Origin: a virus
IMG/VR virus record: IMGVR_UViG_3300037247_001118
Coordinates: 1-64,000 of that record
Length of the DNA stretch: 64,000 bases
Direction: 5' to 3' (one strand)
Shown here one piece after another: positions 55,673-64,000 of the stretch; positions within the stretch are counted from its first letter, which is position 1, and each line of letters starts with the position of its first letter. Below the pieces are notes generated by a model. That model saw only the letters and a program-made list of their open reading frames with translations, did no database searches and was not told the DNA's origin. The position numbers and the translations under genes were made by a program.

Positions 55673-56572
55673 ATGCGAGTCGGTAGTCTCTTCTCAGGTA
55701 TCGGCGGGATCGATCTTGGCCTTGAGCGGGCGGGCATGGAGGTCGTCTGGCAGTGCGAGATCGACTCCTACTGCCGCAAGGTGCTGGCTAAGCACTGGCC
55801 TGACGTACACTGCTACGAGGATGTGAGGACGCTCGATGACACTACGCCGAAAGTTGACATCATCTGCGGAGGATTCCCCTGCCAGCCGGTCTCACATGCG
55901 GGTCGGCGCAAAGGGATGCAAGACGACCGCTGGCTCTGGCCCGAGTTTGTGCGAGTCATACGCGCAGTTAGGCCCCGATGGGTCCTGGCTGAAAATGTAC
56001 CAGGACTCCTTTCAATTGAAACTGGACGGCTCTTCGGTGGAGTGCTCAGAGACTTGGCCGAGAGCGGGTATGATGCGGAATGGGACTGCATACCGGCGGC
56101 AGCCCTTGGTGCCCCGCACATCCGCGAGAGGGTCTTTCTCATTGCCCACACCGACAGCGATAGGGATGCAGCGCGGCAGCAAGAGCACACGCCCGCACGG
56201 CAATCTACACGACTTGGCGCGGACGGGGATGTGGCCCACGCCAGATACGGCTTTAGGGCCCCATGGGCCAAGGGGAGGGCGCACGAATCAGAGGGGGCAT
56301 CAAGAGACGCTTCAAGACGCGGTGAAGCGCTGGCCAACGCCGCAGCAGAGCGATTGGAAGGGCCCCAACTATTCGGGCAGCGGCTCTCAGAGCAGCGAGG
56401 GCCTGAGCACCAAGGCTGGTGGGCAACTGAACCCGACGTGGGTCGAGTGGCTCATGGGGTTCCCGCCCGGGTGGACAGACTTAGAGGACTCGGCAACGCC
56501 GTCGTGCCCCAGGTCGCCGAGTACGTCGGACGGATGATCATGGAGGCTGACGCGAGTAGGAGGGTACGATGA
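55673..56572 (+). CDS. DNA cytosine-C5 methyltransferase, alpha polypeptide (motifs I-VIII and X)
   Basis: LFSGIGG, GGFPCQ, ENVPG, R.R.F and LGNAVVP motifs. Confidence 0.92.
   Translation: MRVGSLFSGIGGIDLGLERAGMEVVWQCEIDSYCRKVLAKHWPDVHCYEDVRTLDDTTPKVDIICGGFPCQPVSHAGRRKGMQDDRWLWPEFVRVIRAVRPRWVLAENVPGLLSIETGRLFGGVLRDLAESGYDAEWDCIPAAALGAPHIRERVFLIAHTDSDRDAARQQEHTPARQSTRLGADGDVAHARYGFRAPWAKGRAHESEGASRDASRRGEALANAAAERLEGPQLFGQRLSEQRGPEHQGWWATEPDVGRVAHGVPARVDRLRGLGNAVVPQVAEYVGRMIMEADASRRVR
55836..56537 (+). CDS. C5 methyltransferase beta polypeptide in an overlapping frame (motif IX)
   Basis: LPTP/WPTP repeats and a C-terminal LNP.WVEWLMGFP.GWT. Confidence 0.72.
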   Translation: MTLRRKLTSSAEDSPASRSHMRVGAKGCKTTAGSGPSLCESYAQLGPDGSWLKMYQDSFQLKLDGSSVECSETWPRAGMMRNGTAYRRQPLVPRTSARGSFSLPTPTAIGMQRGSKSTRPHGNLHDLARTGMWPTPDTALGPHGPRGGRTNQRGHQETLQDAVKRWPTPQQSDWKGPNYSGSGSQSSEGLSTKAGGQLNPTWVEWLMGFPPGWTDLEDSATPSCPRSPSTSDG

Positions 56573-56958
56573 CACGACTATTGACAGTTACGACCGACAT
56601 AGAACTGGAGACTGAGGAGTGCTCCGAGTGTGGAATCGTCTTCGCCATGCCGGCGAGGTTTCGCCAAGAGCGCGAGCGGAAGAAGGACGACTTCTACTGC
56701 CCCGCAGGTCACTCCCAGGCCTATCAAGGAGTGGCCCAAGCGGAGAAGCTGCGTCGGGCTGAGGCACATGCCCGGGACCTGAGCATTGACAACACGCGAC
56801 TCGCCGACGACAACATGGACCTGGCTAGGAAGAGCACGGCGCTACGCCGGAGGAACACCGACCTCCGCAAGCGCGCCAAGAACGGGACGTGTGCGTTCTG
56901 CCGCCGGACGTTTCGCAATGTGCAGGCGCACGTCGAGCGTCAGCATCCGGACGCCTAG
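56569..56958 (+). CDS. Zn-finger/coiled-coil protein
   Basis: CSECG..F...FYCP.GH...CAFC.R.F...H....H. Confidence 0.7.
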   Translation: MTRLLTVTTDIELETEECSECGIVFAMPARFRQERERKKDDFYCPAGHSQAYQGVAQAEKLRRAEAHARDLSIDNTRLADDNMDLARKSTALRRRNTDLRKRAKNGTCAFCRRTFRNVQAHVERQHPDA

Positions 56959-56973
56959 GAGGGCGCTGAGGTG

Positions 56974-57411
56974 ATGGAGACGATAGCAACGTGTATGATG
57001 TGCGAGCAGGTGTTGACAGGCGGGCGGTGTACGAACGGAATGTGCCCAGGCTATGCGCCGCTGGAAGAGGCCGAGCACGAGGAGTGCCATACGCACCTCG
57101 CCGAGCTAAGGGCTGAGGTGGAGATGGCGAACCTGCGAGTGGACGCCTGGTACGGCAACTCTGACGACTGGCAGGAGGAGAACGAGCGGCTGCCGTGCGG
57201 GTGTAGAGTTGATGGCGTCCCTTGGGCACACACAGCACTACACGCATCCGCAAGCGAGCCGCCAGGGGTGGGAGCAGTGCTCGTTGGCAGAGTGTGTGTC
57301 AGCCCGAAAGGTCCTCGCGCCGAGGGCCGATGCCTAGCCGCGCTAGGTATAGCAGCGATAGGTATAATCACCGACCGCGACTTCGTATCGAGTGATGTGG
57401 AGATTAACTAG
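56974..57411 (+). CDS. Hypothetical protein (3' half overlaps a structured region)
   Basis: N-terminal CMMC...C....C; C-terminal half looks poorly protein-like. Confidence 0.4.
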   Translation: METIATCMMCEQVLTGGRCTNGMCPGYAPLEEAEHEECHTHLAELRAEVEMANLRVDAWYGNSDDWQEENERLPCGCRVDGVPWAHTALHASASEPPGVGAVLVGRVCVSPKGPRAEGRCLAALGIAAIGIITDRDFVSSDVEIN

Positions 57412-57995
57412 TGGCTACGAAGAGGAAGCCGTCGAAGAAGCAGAACGCAGCCGCTCGGCTCCGAGCACGGTCGCAGAGGGCGGCCAAGGTGTGGGATCTC
57501 TTCATGCGCGGGGTGCCGATGTCAACCATCGCTACCACTGTGGGCTGCGCACCGCAGACGGTCAAGAATGACATCACGGACACAGAGCAGGCGCTCAAGG
57601 AGCTTGATGCTCTGCGGGCTACGGACACCCGGGAGCGGGCGGTCGATAAGCGGCGCCACCTTCAGGGGCTTGCGTTGAAGAGTAGCGAGGAGGCGGATCC
57701 GAAGGATCGCGCTCCGCTGTATGGCGAGGTCCGCAAGAACCAGGACGGCATCGAGAAGCTGCAAGGCCTGGATCCGGACGAGCCGGGACCACCACAGGCC
57801 AACGTGTACCTCTTCCCGCTGGGCGACGGCTCCTCTCCGAAGATGGATGAGCTGACTCGGGAAGAGCGTGCGGCGGCCAAACTCCAGATCGACGCCGAGC
57901 TGGAGGCACTGCCCGAGCCGTCCGCGGAGGAGCCAGCGGCCGAGTACACGCCGGTGGAGGAGCCGACAGAGCCCCCTCCCGAAACTCCCTCCTAG
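57411..57995 (+). CDS. Putative terminase small subunit
   Basis: N-terminal HTH (GVPMSTIATTVGCAPQTVKND), helical core ending KLQGLD, and an acidic tail. Confidence 0.6.
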   Translation: MATKRKPSKKQNAAARLRARSQRAAKVWDLFMRGVPMSTIATTVGCAPQTVKNDITDTEQALKELDALRATDTRERAVDKRRHLQGLALKSSEEADPKDRAPLYGEVRKNQDGIEKLQGLDPDEPGPPQANVYLFPLGDGSSPKMDELTREERAAAKLQIDAELEALPEPSAEEPAAEYTPVEEPTEPPPETPS

Positions 57996-58042
57996 CCCTT
58001 CAGGGTATCGGTGGTAGTGCCGATAATACTATGGAGGACCAA

Positions 58043-58186
58043 ATGATTAACGCAACGCAGACCACGCCCCCGACCGAGAAGACCCCCGGCGTCCCGTGCC
58101 AGCACTGCGGCGAGCAGGTCAAGCTGAACGAGATCGTTCGCTCGGCGACCCATGACCTCGGCTGCAAGCACTGCTTTCGGAGCTAG
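58043..58186 (+). CDS. Small Zn-finger protein (47 aa)
   Basis: GGAGG RBS; CQHC...CKHC. Confidence 0.5.
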   Translation: MINATQTTPPTEKTPGVPCQHCGEQVKLNEIVRSATHDLGCKHCFRS

Positions 58187-58200
58187 CAGCGGATCGCTAG

Positions 58201-58229
58201 TTGACAGCCATGATTAAACATGCTACACT
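58201..58229 (+). promoter_or_regulatory. Promoter with TGATTAA box
   Basis: TTGACA(58201)-17 nt-TACACT(58224); TGATTAA at 58211. Confidence 0.8.
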
Positions 58230-58252
58230 AGGAAGTGAAGGAGGAGACGAAG

Positions 58253-58540
58253 ATGAGAACGCTACGCAGAACGATTGATATCCTTCCAGACAGGGAGATT
58301 TTCTGGCACGACAATTACCCCGAGCCGCCAGCACCAGTGAGCCGCTGCACTTCCAGCAGACCGCAGGCGGTCTGCACCTGTGAGAAGTACAACCTGAAGT
58401 GGGAAGACCGGTGGCCTGACGAGCGCGCCGACGCCGAACGCGAACAGGCCCGCGCCGAGCATCTCGGCGAGCTGGCGGCGGAGCGCGAGATGGTGCAGGC
58501 GCAGACGCCTGTGGTGAACGTGCAGGAGGCGGCTGAGTGA
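58253..58540 (+). CDS. Hypothetical protein
   Basis: ATG after AAGGAGGAG. Confidence 0.6.
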   Translation: MRTLRRTIDILPDREIFWHDNYPEPPAPVSRCTSSRPQAVCTCEKYNLKWEDRWPDERADAEREQARAEHLGELAAEREMVQAQTPVVNVQEAAE

Positions 58541-58828
58541 TGGAGAGTCCGGCAACCAGTATCGCGGCTGCGAAGAGGCACCATAAGCGCCACGGGGACA
58601 TGGACGGGCACACGTGCCTGCTGTCGGCTTGCGCTCTGCACTATCCGAAGGTAGTGAAGCAGTGACCACCATCGCAGCCGTCCGCGCAGCAGTAGCCCGA
58701 GCACTAGCGCCGGCACCTATACCGCGGTGCCACTGCGGCCTGGCGGTGGGCGGACCGAACCCGGTGCGGGGCCGGGTAGGCGACATCATCATAGGCTGCG
58801 CCACATGCAGCCCGGAGAGGAGACGAGA

Positions 58829-59020
58829 ATGAGCGACGAGAAGACATGCGAGCGAGTGACCAAGAGCGAGACGCGTCAGGACGTGGAGCCGGAGCTATGT
58901 GGGAAGGCGCACGCGCACTTCTGGGTACACTTCGGGCTCGTGCTCTGCCACGATTGCGGTACCGAGATGGCGCGGGCGGATGAGCTCTCACCGCTAACGC
59001 GCTATGGGAGAACACTATGA
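58829..59020 (+). CDS. Small Zn-binding protein
   Basis: C...CG..A...LCHDC; RBS GAGGAG. Confidence 0.5.
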   Translation: MSDEKTCERVTKSETRQDVEPELCGKAHAHFWVHFGLVLCHDCGTEMARADELSPLTRYGRTL

Positions 59021-59175
59021 GAACCCCCATCGACATCCGCCGCAAGCGCGACGCCCGCAAGCCATGCAAGCGCGACCACAGTGAGTGCTGCGAGTACGTC
59101 CAGTGCATCGTCTGGACTAAGGAGCTGCCGCCGTTCCTGGAGCGCGGTCGCACCGACGTCCAGCAGATCAGGTAG
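59017..59175 (+). CDS. Small hypothetical protein
   Basis: ATGA overlap; MRTPIDIRRK... Confidence 0.45.
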   Translation: MRTPIDIRRKRDARKPCKRDHSECCEYVQCIVWTKELPPFLERGRTDVQQIR

Positions 59176-59185
59176 TCGCTGGCGC

Positions 59186-59214
59186 TTGACAAACGTGATT
59201 AACCGTGCTACACT
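59186..59214 (+). promoter_or_regulatory. Promoter with TGATTAA box
   Basis: TTGACA(59186)-17 nt-TACACT(59209); TGATTAA at 59196. Confidence 0.8.
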
Positions 59215-59236
59215 GAGCACGAAGGAGGAGAGCAAG

Positions 59237-60358
59237 ATGACAGACTTCACATCAGCGAATCGGGCTCTACACGACGCGATTTGCCAGTACACGAATGCGC
59301 GGGAGGCGCATGACGGTGGGGAGGCGGCGAAGGCGACCTGGGCAATCAATGATGCCATCACCGCACTCGACAACGCAGCCTACGACCGGGCGTACGAGCA
59401 GGCGCAGGAGGCGTGCCCAACGCCCCTACAGGTGCGCATGGATTTGGTCAACGCTCGCACGGAGAGTCTGCGGCTGAAGCAGCAGCTAGAGCTTGCGGAG
59501 CAGCAGCGAAGGCGGTGGGAGGATGATGCAGTCCGGCTGCTACGGGAGCGCGATGAGGAGCGCCAGCGCACCACGGTAATGACGCTGGCCAACGACGACA
59601 AGCGCCAGGAGCTTCGGCGCCTCAAGCAGGATCTGGAGTTCGCGGAACATCGACGGGAGCAGGCAGAGAAGGAGCTTCGGCGCCTCCAGACAGCCTACGG
59701 CGGGGAGCGGAGGGCGGTGGTATGGCTACGGCGGAAGTACCACGAGGCTCGAACGGAACTCTCCGACGCGCGCGATACGACTCGGCGGCTTGCGGATGCG
59801 CATGCGGATGTCTTTGCTACGTCCCTCAGCCTCCGCGCCGCCTTGGAGACGCTGGCCGACAGGTACCACGCGCAATGCTGCTACAAGAACCGCCGCAGTC
59901 AGCACTCGCGGCACGGCTGCTCACATGTGCTCGCGGTGCAGGACGCCAACGAGGCGCTCGCTGGCGAGTCGGAGGAGCGGCGGACGGAGACATTTGAGGA
60001 CGCGACGGAACGGAGAGCACAGGACGAGGCGCTTGCTGGGGAAGTGGAGACGCCGCGCGACCGGGCTGCTCGGTACCGCGCGCAGGCATCTTATCGCTGT
60101 TTCCCTGCACCGAAGGCGCAGCCCGAGATCGAGGCGGTGCTGATGGGCAATGCGATCACTTGCTACCTGGGCTGTGGCTGCGGCCGCGTCGTGGGCGCTG
60201 GCCAGTGCGCGTATCGGTACCCGAGGACGCAGAGCCAGTGGATGCAGCCGCTGTACGCGTCGGAGGCGTGCGCGCGGAAGGCGGCGCGTCCTAAGGCGCG
60301 GACCTACCCTCCCTACGCGGCCTATACGGACGCGATGCGACGGGAGAACTCGGAATGA
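59237..60358 (+). CDS. Long coiled-coil protein with C-terminal Cys motif
   Basis: ATG 59237 after AAGGAGGAGAG; heptad-rich. Confidence 0.65.
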   Translation: MTDFTSANRALHDAICQYTNAREAHDGGEAAKATWAINDAITALDNAAYDRAYEQAQEACPTPLQVRMDLVNARTESLRLKQQLELAEQQRRRWEDDAVRLLRERDEERQRTTVMTLANDDKRQELRRLKQDLEFAEHRREQAEKELRRLQTAYGGERRAVVWLRRKYHEARTELSDARDTTRRLADAHADVFATSLSLRAALETLADRYHAQCCYKNRRSQHSRHGCSHVLAVQDANEALAGESEERRTETFEDATERRAQDEALAGEVETPRDRAARYRAQASYRCFPAPKAQPEIEAVLMGNAITCYLGCGCGRVVGAGQCAYRYPRTQSQWMQPLYASEACARKAARPKARTYPPYAAYTDAMRRENSE

Positions 60359-60564
60359 CCGCACTACGCCTACTCGTTGACCTGCTACTCATCGCCCCGC
60401 GGCTGGCGCTAGCCTGGCTCAAGACGAAACTGCCGAGCCGGCGCGTGATAATGCGCTCCCGACACTGTCTCTGGTGCGGGTGGAGCTTCTGGTGGGAACC
60501 GGGGGCGCCGGTCGTATGTGCTGGCTGCCGAGACGAGCAGGAACGGGTAAAGGAGGACGCATGA
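60355..60564 (+). CDS. Small Zn-ribbon protein
   Basis: CLWCG...CAGC. Confidence 0.5.
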   Translation: MTALRLLVDLLLIAPRLALAWLKTKLPSRRVIMRSRHCLWCGWSFWWEPGAPVVCAGCRDEQERVKEDA

Positions 60565-60686
60565 ACCCACTACGCCGACTCGCACTCTGGGTGTTCTGGA
60601 ATGTCCCCCTGCCCGACTCGCTGGCACCGCACGTGCTGGGCTTCGCGTTGGGGAGTAGGGCGCGGAGGGTGCGAGAGGAGGACTAG
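60561..60686 (+). CDS. Small hypothetical protein
   Basis: AAGGAGG RBS; ATGA overlap. Confidence 0.5.
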   Translation: MNPLRRLALWVFWNVPLPDSLAPHVLGFALGSRARRVREED

Positions 60687-60894
60687 ATTGCGATTTTCAA
60701 ATTACGGCTACGACCGACCTAAGCATTGTCGGAGTTTCTGGCGCTGGCTTTTCTGGTGTTGGCAATGGAGCTCCCTGCCTCCGGGGCGGACTGGGTGGGG
60801 ACTTAGGATTTTCGGGTACTGGCTCAGCGTTAGCTGGAGGTCATAGTCCTAGCCATCTGTGCTATAATGCCCCCATAGGACAAGGAGGCACCAC

Positions 60895-61029
60895 ATGCCG
60901 CAGAAGACGCAGACCCCCACCAGGACGCCGACGCGTACCGAGCCGGCGATTGACCCCGACCCGTACTACAACCCGGAGCGGCTCTGCCCATCGCAGCGCG
61001 AGGACGCGGAACGGCGCAGCAGGCCGTAG
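60895..61029 (+). CDS. 44-aa Thr/Pro-rich peptide
   Basis: AAGGAGG RBS; upstream TGTGCTATAAT at 60858-60868. Confidence 0.55.
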   Translation: MPQKTQTPTRTPTRTEPAIDPDPYYNPERLCPSQREDAERRSRP

Positions 61030-61030
61030 T

Positions 61031-61204
61031 ATGCTGGCCATCGGTCGCAAATATGGAGTGCGAGTAGACCGCTTTGTTGGCTGGTGGGCGGCACTCGGCA
61101 TCCACATCCACTTCTGGCCACCACACAAGGCACACCTAGACCTGCACCTGCTGCATTTGCTGATCACGTTCGGCCGACACTATGCTGGGCCGAGAGAACA
61201 TTAG
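61031..61204 (+). CDS. Small hypothetical protein
   Basis: Fills the gap between flanking genes. Confidence 0.35.
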   Translation: MLAIGRKYGVRVDRFVGWWAALGIHIHFWPPHKAHLDLHLLHLLITFGRHYAGPREH

Positions 61205-61213
61205 GACTCCACA

Positions 61214-61963
61214 ATGTCACGCGAAGAAGTCACACCGCCGCGGACGCTCGCTGACGAGCACACGCTGATCGCTCAGCGGTACGCCGGCGCGCTCGTAGGC
61301 CACCCGTACCGCAATGACCAGCAGAGCACCGTCATCACCGTGGACCGGGCTCACCCCTGGCGGGAGCCGGCCGTCGTCAGCGACAACTGCCTCTTCTGCG
61401 TGCGGCTGACCGACGAGGAGGCCATCCGCCGCGTCGAGGGCTTCCAGCACCAGATCGATATCGAGGCGACGCGGGTGAAGTACCAGTACCTGACGCGGTG
61501 GCTGGAGAAGGGCTCGCCGGACGTGCCGAACCCCGGGCACGACCATCGCAACCGCGCCAACCTGCGGCGCTTCTGCGAGCTGTTCCAGGACATGCCGACC
61601 GAGAGGCGCCCCAACGGCTGGCGCACCAAGCCGTTCCCGATGGTGGCGCTACCGCTCCGGCTCAAGCGGAAGATGTGCGTTGAGTGGAACCACCTGTACC
61701 TACGCTGGATGGAGGAGAACGGGCTCCAGTACGATTGGGAGCAGCACGTGTTCTGGCACGAGGTCGAGTCCCTGTCTGAGGTAACGTTTCCTATATGCAC
61801 AGCCTGTGCGGCGGAGTTGGGTCCCGATGCCGAGCACGCCGACGGCTGTACGGGCGTGGCCGGGGAGCCGATTCGCCGCCCGCCGGGGGCACATCCGCCC
61901 GCTGACCTCTCAACGTGGATGGGCTACGGCGGCTACGCGCCGGCGGAGGACTGCCACTCATGA
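61214..61963 (+). CDS. Hypothetical protein
   Basis: 249-aa ORF with genome-typical codon usage. Confidence 0.7.
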   Translation: MSREEVTPPRTLADEHTLIAQRYAGALVGHPYRNDQQSTVITVDRAHPWREPAVVSDNCLFCVRLTDEEAIRRVEGFQHQIDIEATRVKYQYLTRWLEKGSPDVPNPGHDHRNRANLRRFCELFQDMPTERRPNGWRTKPFPMVALPLRLKRKMCVEWNHLYLRWMEENGLQYDWEQHVFWHEVESLSEVTFPICTACAAELGPDAEHADGCTGVAGEPIRRPPGAHPPADLSTWMGYGGYAPAEDCHS

Positions 61964-62367
61964 GCGGCGACGGCCGGCAATTCCTCCACCTGCGGCTGAC
62001 GCTGCAACACTGCGCGGGGCTGCGCGAGGCGATCAGTCCCCTGGAGCCATGTGCGCTAGAGCAGTCGCAGATCGTCAACTTCTGCGCTCGGCTCTACATT
62101 GCCTACTACGCGCTGGAGGCGGATCCTGACCTTGAGGTGGTTCCCTTCCCAGCGGATCACGCCGACATCATGCTCATCAACAACTTCCTCTCAGCGGAGG
62201 AGGGCGACTGGGCCAAGGACCTGCTGCACCAAACGCGCCAGGTGCTCTTCGAGCTGCACACTGGCAAGGAGGCGGTCAAGCTCGCGTCGTCTGAGGACAC
62301 GCACGCGCTCTTCCAAGATGTGGCGCTTGAGGGTGACAATCCGCCGGCGGTAGACGAGAAGCTGTGA
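61960..62367 (+). CDS. Hypothetical protein
   Basis: ATGA overlap; RBS GGAGG. Confidence 0.65.
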   Translation: MSGDGRQFLHLRLTLQHCAGLREAISPLEPCALEQSQIVNFCARLYIAYYALEADPDLEVVPFPADHADIMLINNFLSAEEGDWAKDLLHQTRQVLFELHTGKEAVKLASSEDTHALFQDVALEGDNPPAVDEKL

Positions 62368-63884
62368 CCACTACCCCTGATCGGGCGGAGCAACTGCGCC
62401 AGGCTCGGCGGGAACTTGATCTCCTAGACGCTAAGGAGGATGCTGCGGCGTCCTTCCGCGCGTTCCTGCCTTACTGGCACTTCAAGAACCGTGAGACTGG
62501 CGTTGTCAAGACCTTCCTGCCGTGCCTCCACGCCGACCCCAACCACCAGAAGCACGAGGCCGAACTCTGGGAAGGACAGGACGCCTTCGTTGAGGCGATG
62601 GCGCAGCACCCGCGGCTCTACGCGCTCAAGGCAGGTAAGCTCGGCTTTACTGAGCTTGAATGCGCCTTCGACGCGTGGGTAGCGCTGTTCCGACAGGCCA
62701 ACGCCCGGGTCCACGTCTTCTCTATGGGTGACCGCGCATCACAGGATGTTCTTACCTATATCCGCTTCGGCCTGACACACCTGCCGGCGTTCCTGCGCCC
62801 TACGCTGTTGGCACGGCCCACACAGGTGACGCAGGATGTCAAGACACGTGGGGACACGATGCACCAGCTCTCGTTTGAGGGGACGGCTGCGCCTGACGAC
62901 GTCCGCATCATCGCGTCCTACCCGGCCGGCGCCAACGTCTCGGTCGACCAGACCTGTCAGCACGCCCACGTCGACGAGATGGCGCGGATGCCGTTCCCCA
63001 AGCAGACGTGGCAGGCGGTTCACTCAACTATCGCACCCGGCGGCTCCTGCCACATCGTTACCCGAGGCGCCGGTGAGGATAACTACGCCGCGGAGCTCTG
63101 GCAGCAGATCGAGGACGGCTCCGGCGAGATGTTCCCCTTCTTCCAGCCGTACACAGCACGCCCCGGGCGGGATGCCGCATGGCGTGCAGAAGTGTCGAAG
63201 CCGATGACGACGCAGGGCATCGCCCACTTCGCACCCGAGACGGTGGCCGACGCGCTGGCCGGCGACGAGCAATCGTCGTTCATTCCCGAGCAGCTCTATG
63301 ACGCCTGCCTGGAGGAGCTGCCGTCCTTCGCGCCTGAGAAGGTGGGGCTGGCGGGGACCAAGGAGCCCGTCGTGCTCGCCGCTGACGCTGGCGTATCCAA
63401 CGACTGCTTCGGCATCGTAGCGGTGACGCGGCATCCGCATCCCTCGCGGCACGCCGACGTCGCCATCCGAGCCATACGGCTATGGGAGCCGCCCAAGGGC
63501 GGGCACATCGACTTCGCGGAGCCGGAGAAGTTCATCCGGGAGGCCTGTCGTCTCTACAATGTCGTGCAGCTTGCCTACGACCCTTACCAGCTCGAGTCCA
63601 TGATGCAGAACCTCACGCGCGACGCGGTGGTCTGGTGCGAGCCATTCAATCAGGGGAAGGACCGCCTGATCGCCGACTCGGAGCTCCGAGACCTCATCGT
63701 CAACCGCCGGCTGGCGCACGACGGCAACCGGTCGCTGCGCGAGCACTTCCTCAACGCGGCCGCTAAGCTCCAGGCGAAGGAGGACTCGCAGATCCGCATC
63801 GTCAAGAAGGCGCCGCACCGGAAGGTGGACCTGGCGGTGGCGACGAGCATGGCTTGCAATCGCTGCCTGTATCTGCTACTATGA
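62364..63884 (+). CDS. Terminase large subunit
   Basis: LKAGKLGFTE (Walker A variant), HVDEMA (Walker B), and nuclease motifs AADAG..ND, YDPYQ and KVDLAVA. Confidence 0.88.
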   Translation: MTTTPDRAEQLRQARRELDLLDAKEDAAASFRAFLPYWHFKNRETGVVKTFLPCLHADPNHQKHEAELWEGQDAFVEAMAQHPRLYALKAGKLGFTELECAFDAWVALFRQANARVHVFSMGDRASQDVLTYIRFGLTHLPAFLRPTLLARPTQVTQDVKTRGDTMHQLSFEGTAAPDDVRIIASYPAGANVSVDQTCQHAHVDEMARMPFPKQTWQAVHSTIAPGGSCHIVTRGAGEDNYAAELWQQIEDGSGEMFPFFQPYTARPGRDAAWRAEVSKPMTTQGIAHFAPETVADALAGDEQSSFIPEQLYDACLEELPSFAPEKVGLAGTKEPVVLAADAGVSNDCFGIVAVTRHPHPSRHADVAIRAIRLWEPPKGGHIDFAEPEKFIREACRLYNVVQLAYDPYQLESMMQNLTRDAVVWCEPFNQGKDRLIADSELRDLIVNRRLAHDGNRSLREHFLNAAAKLQAKEDSQIRIVKKAPHRKVDLAVATSMACNRCLYLLL

Positions 63885-63890
63885 TTAACA
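63854..63890 (+). promoter_or_regulatory. Promoter with TGATTAA box
   Basis: TTGCAA(63854)-17 nt-TACTAT(63877), followed by TGATTAACAC and an AGGAGGAGGAGAG RBS. Confidence 0.6.
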
Positions 63891-63909
63891 CAAGTAGGAG
63901 GAGGAGAGC

Positions 63910-64000
63910 ATGAGAGTCTCGGCCCTATTACGCCAAGCCCGCGCATTTCTGACAGGCTACTTCTGGCGACCATGCCCGCTGTGTGGCGAGTACTTCGCGG
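63910..64000 (+). CDS. Hypothetical protein, 3' truncated
   Basis: ATG after a strong RBS; runs off the end of the window. Confidence 0.55.
   Translation, partial: MRVSALLRQARAFLTGYFWRPCPLCGEYFA

Noticed and set aside
47355-58677. AGCAGTGACCACCATCG present at ~47355 and ~58658
   Set aside because: Only two copies, both at GTGA stop/start overlaps; not enough to call an att site or mobile-element end.
230-63973. Numerous minus-strand and alternate-frame ORFs in the ORF track
   Set aside because: They are shadows of GC-rich + strand genes, with no motifs or RBS. Only the overlaps at 17227, 54149 and 55836 have independent support.

Overview
The window is an almost complete genome segment of a GC-rich tailed dsDNA phage (siphovirus-like). 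All credible genes are on the + strand, and no integrase, tRNA, rRNA or CRISPR array was seen. Gene order: prohead protease/scaffold (5' truncated), major capsid protein, a ~9 kb glycan biosynthesis/transfer cluster, head-completion and tail genes, a Gly-Pro-Thr collagen-like fibre next to a methyltransferase-GT2-TPR enzyme, a replication module, a GH25 endolysin, many small early-type genes, four DNA methyltransferases in total, and the small and large terminase subunits. The replication module holds a beta clamp, SNF2 helicase, UDG-PolA fusion, Cas4-like nuclease, AAA ATPase, SSB, VRR-NUC, primase-helicase and a putative origin. The portal gene is presumably just outside the window. Main observations: (1) an apparently self-contained virion glycosylation system with seven GT domains, nucleotide-sugar enzymes, methyltransferases, a kinase-methyltransferase and a sulfotransferase; (2) an HNH gene with its own promoter nested out of frame in a 474-nt in-frame insertion of a DNA methyltransferase; (3) a C5-methyltransferase split between two overlapping frames; (4) a +1 frameshift site (TCC TTT CGG) in the tail chaperone; (5) a repeated promoter family carrying a TGATTAA box; (6) two candidate structured RNAs. 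All calls come from reading motifs by eye. No database searches were run, and the host is unknown.
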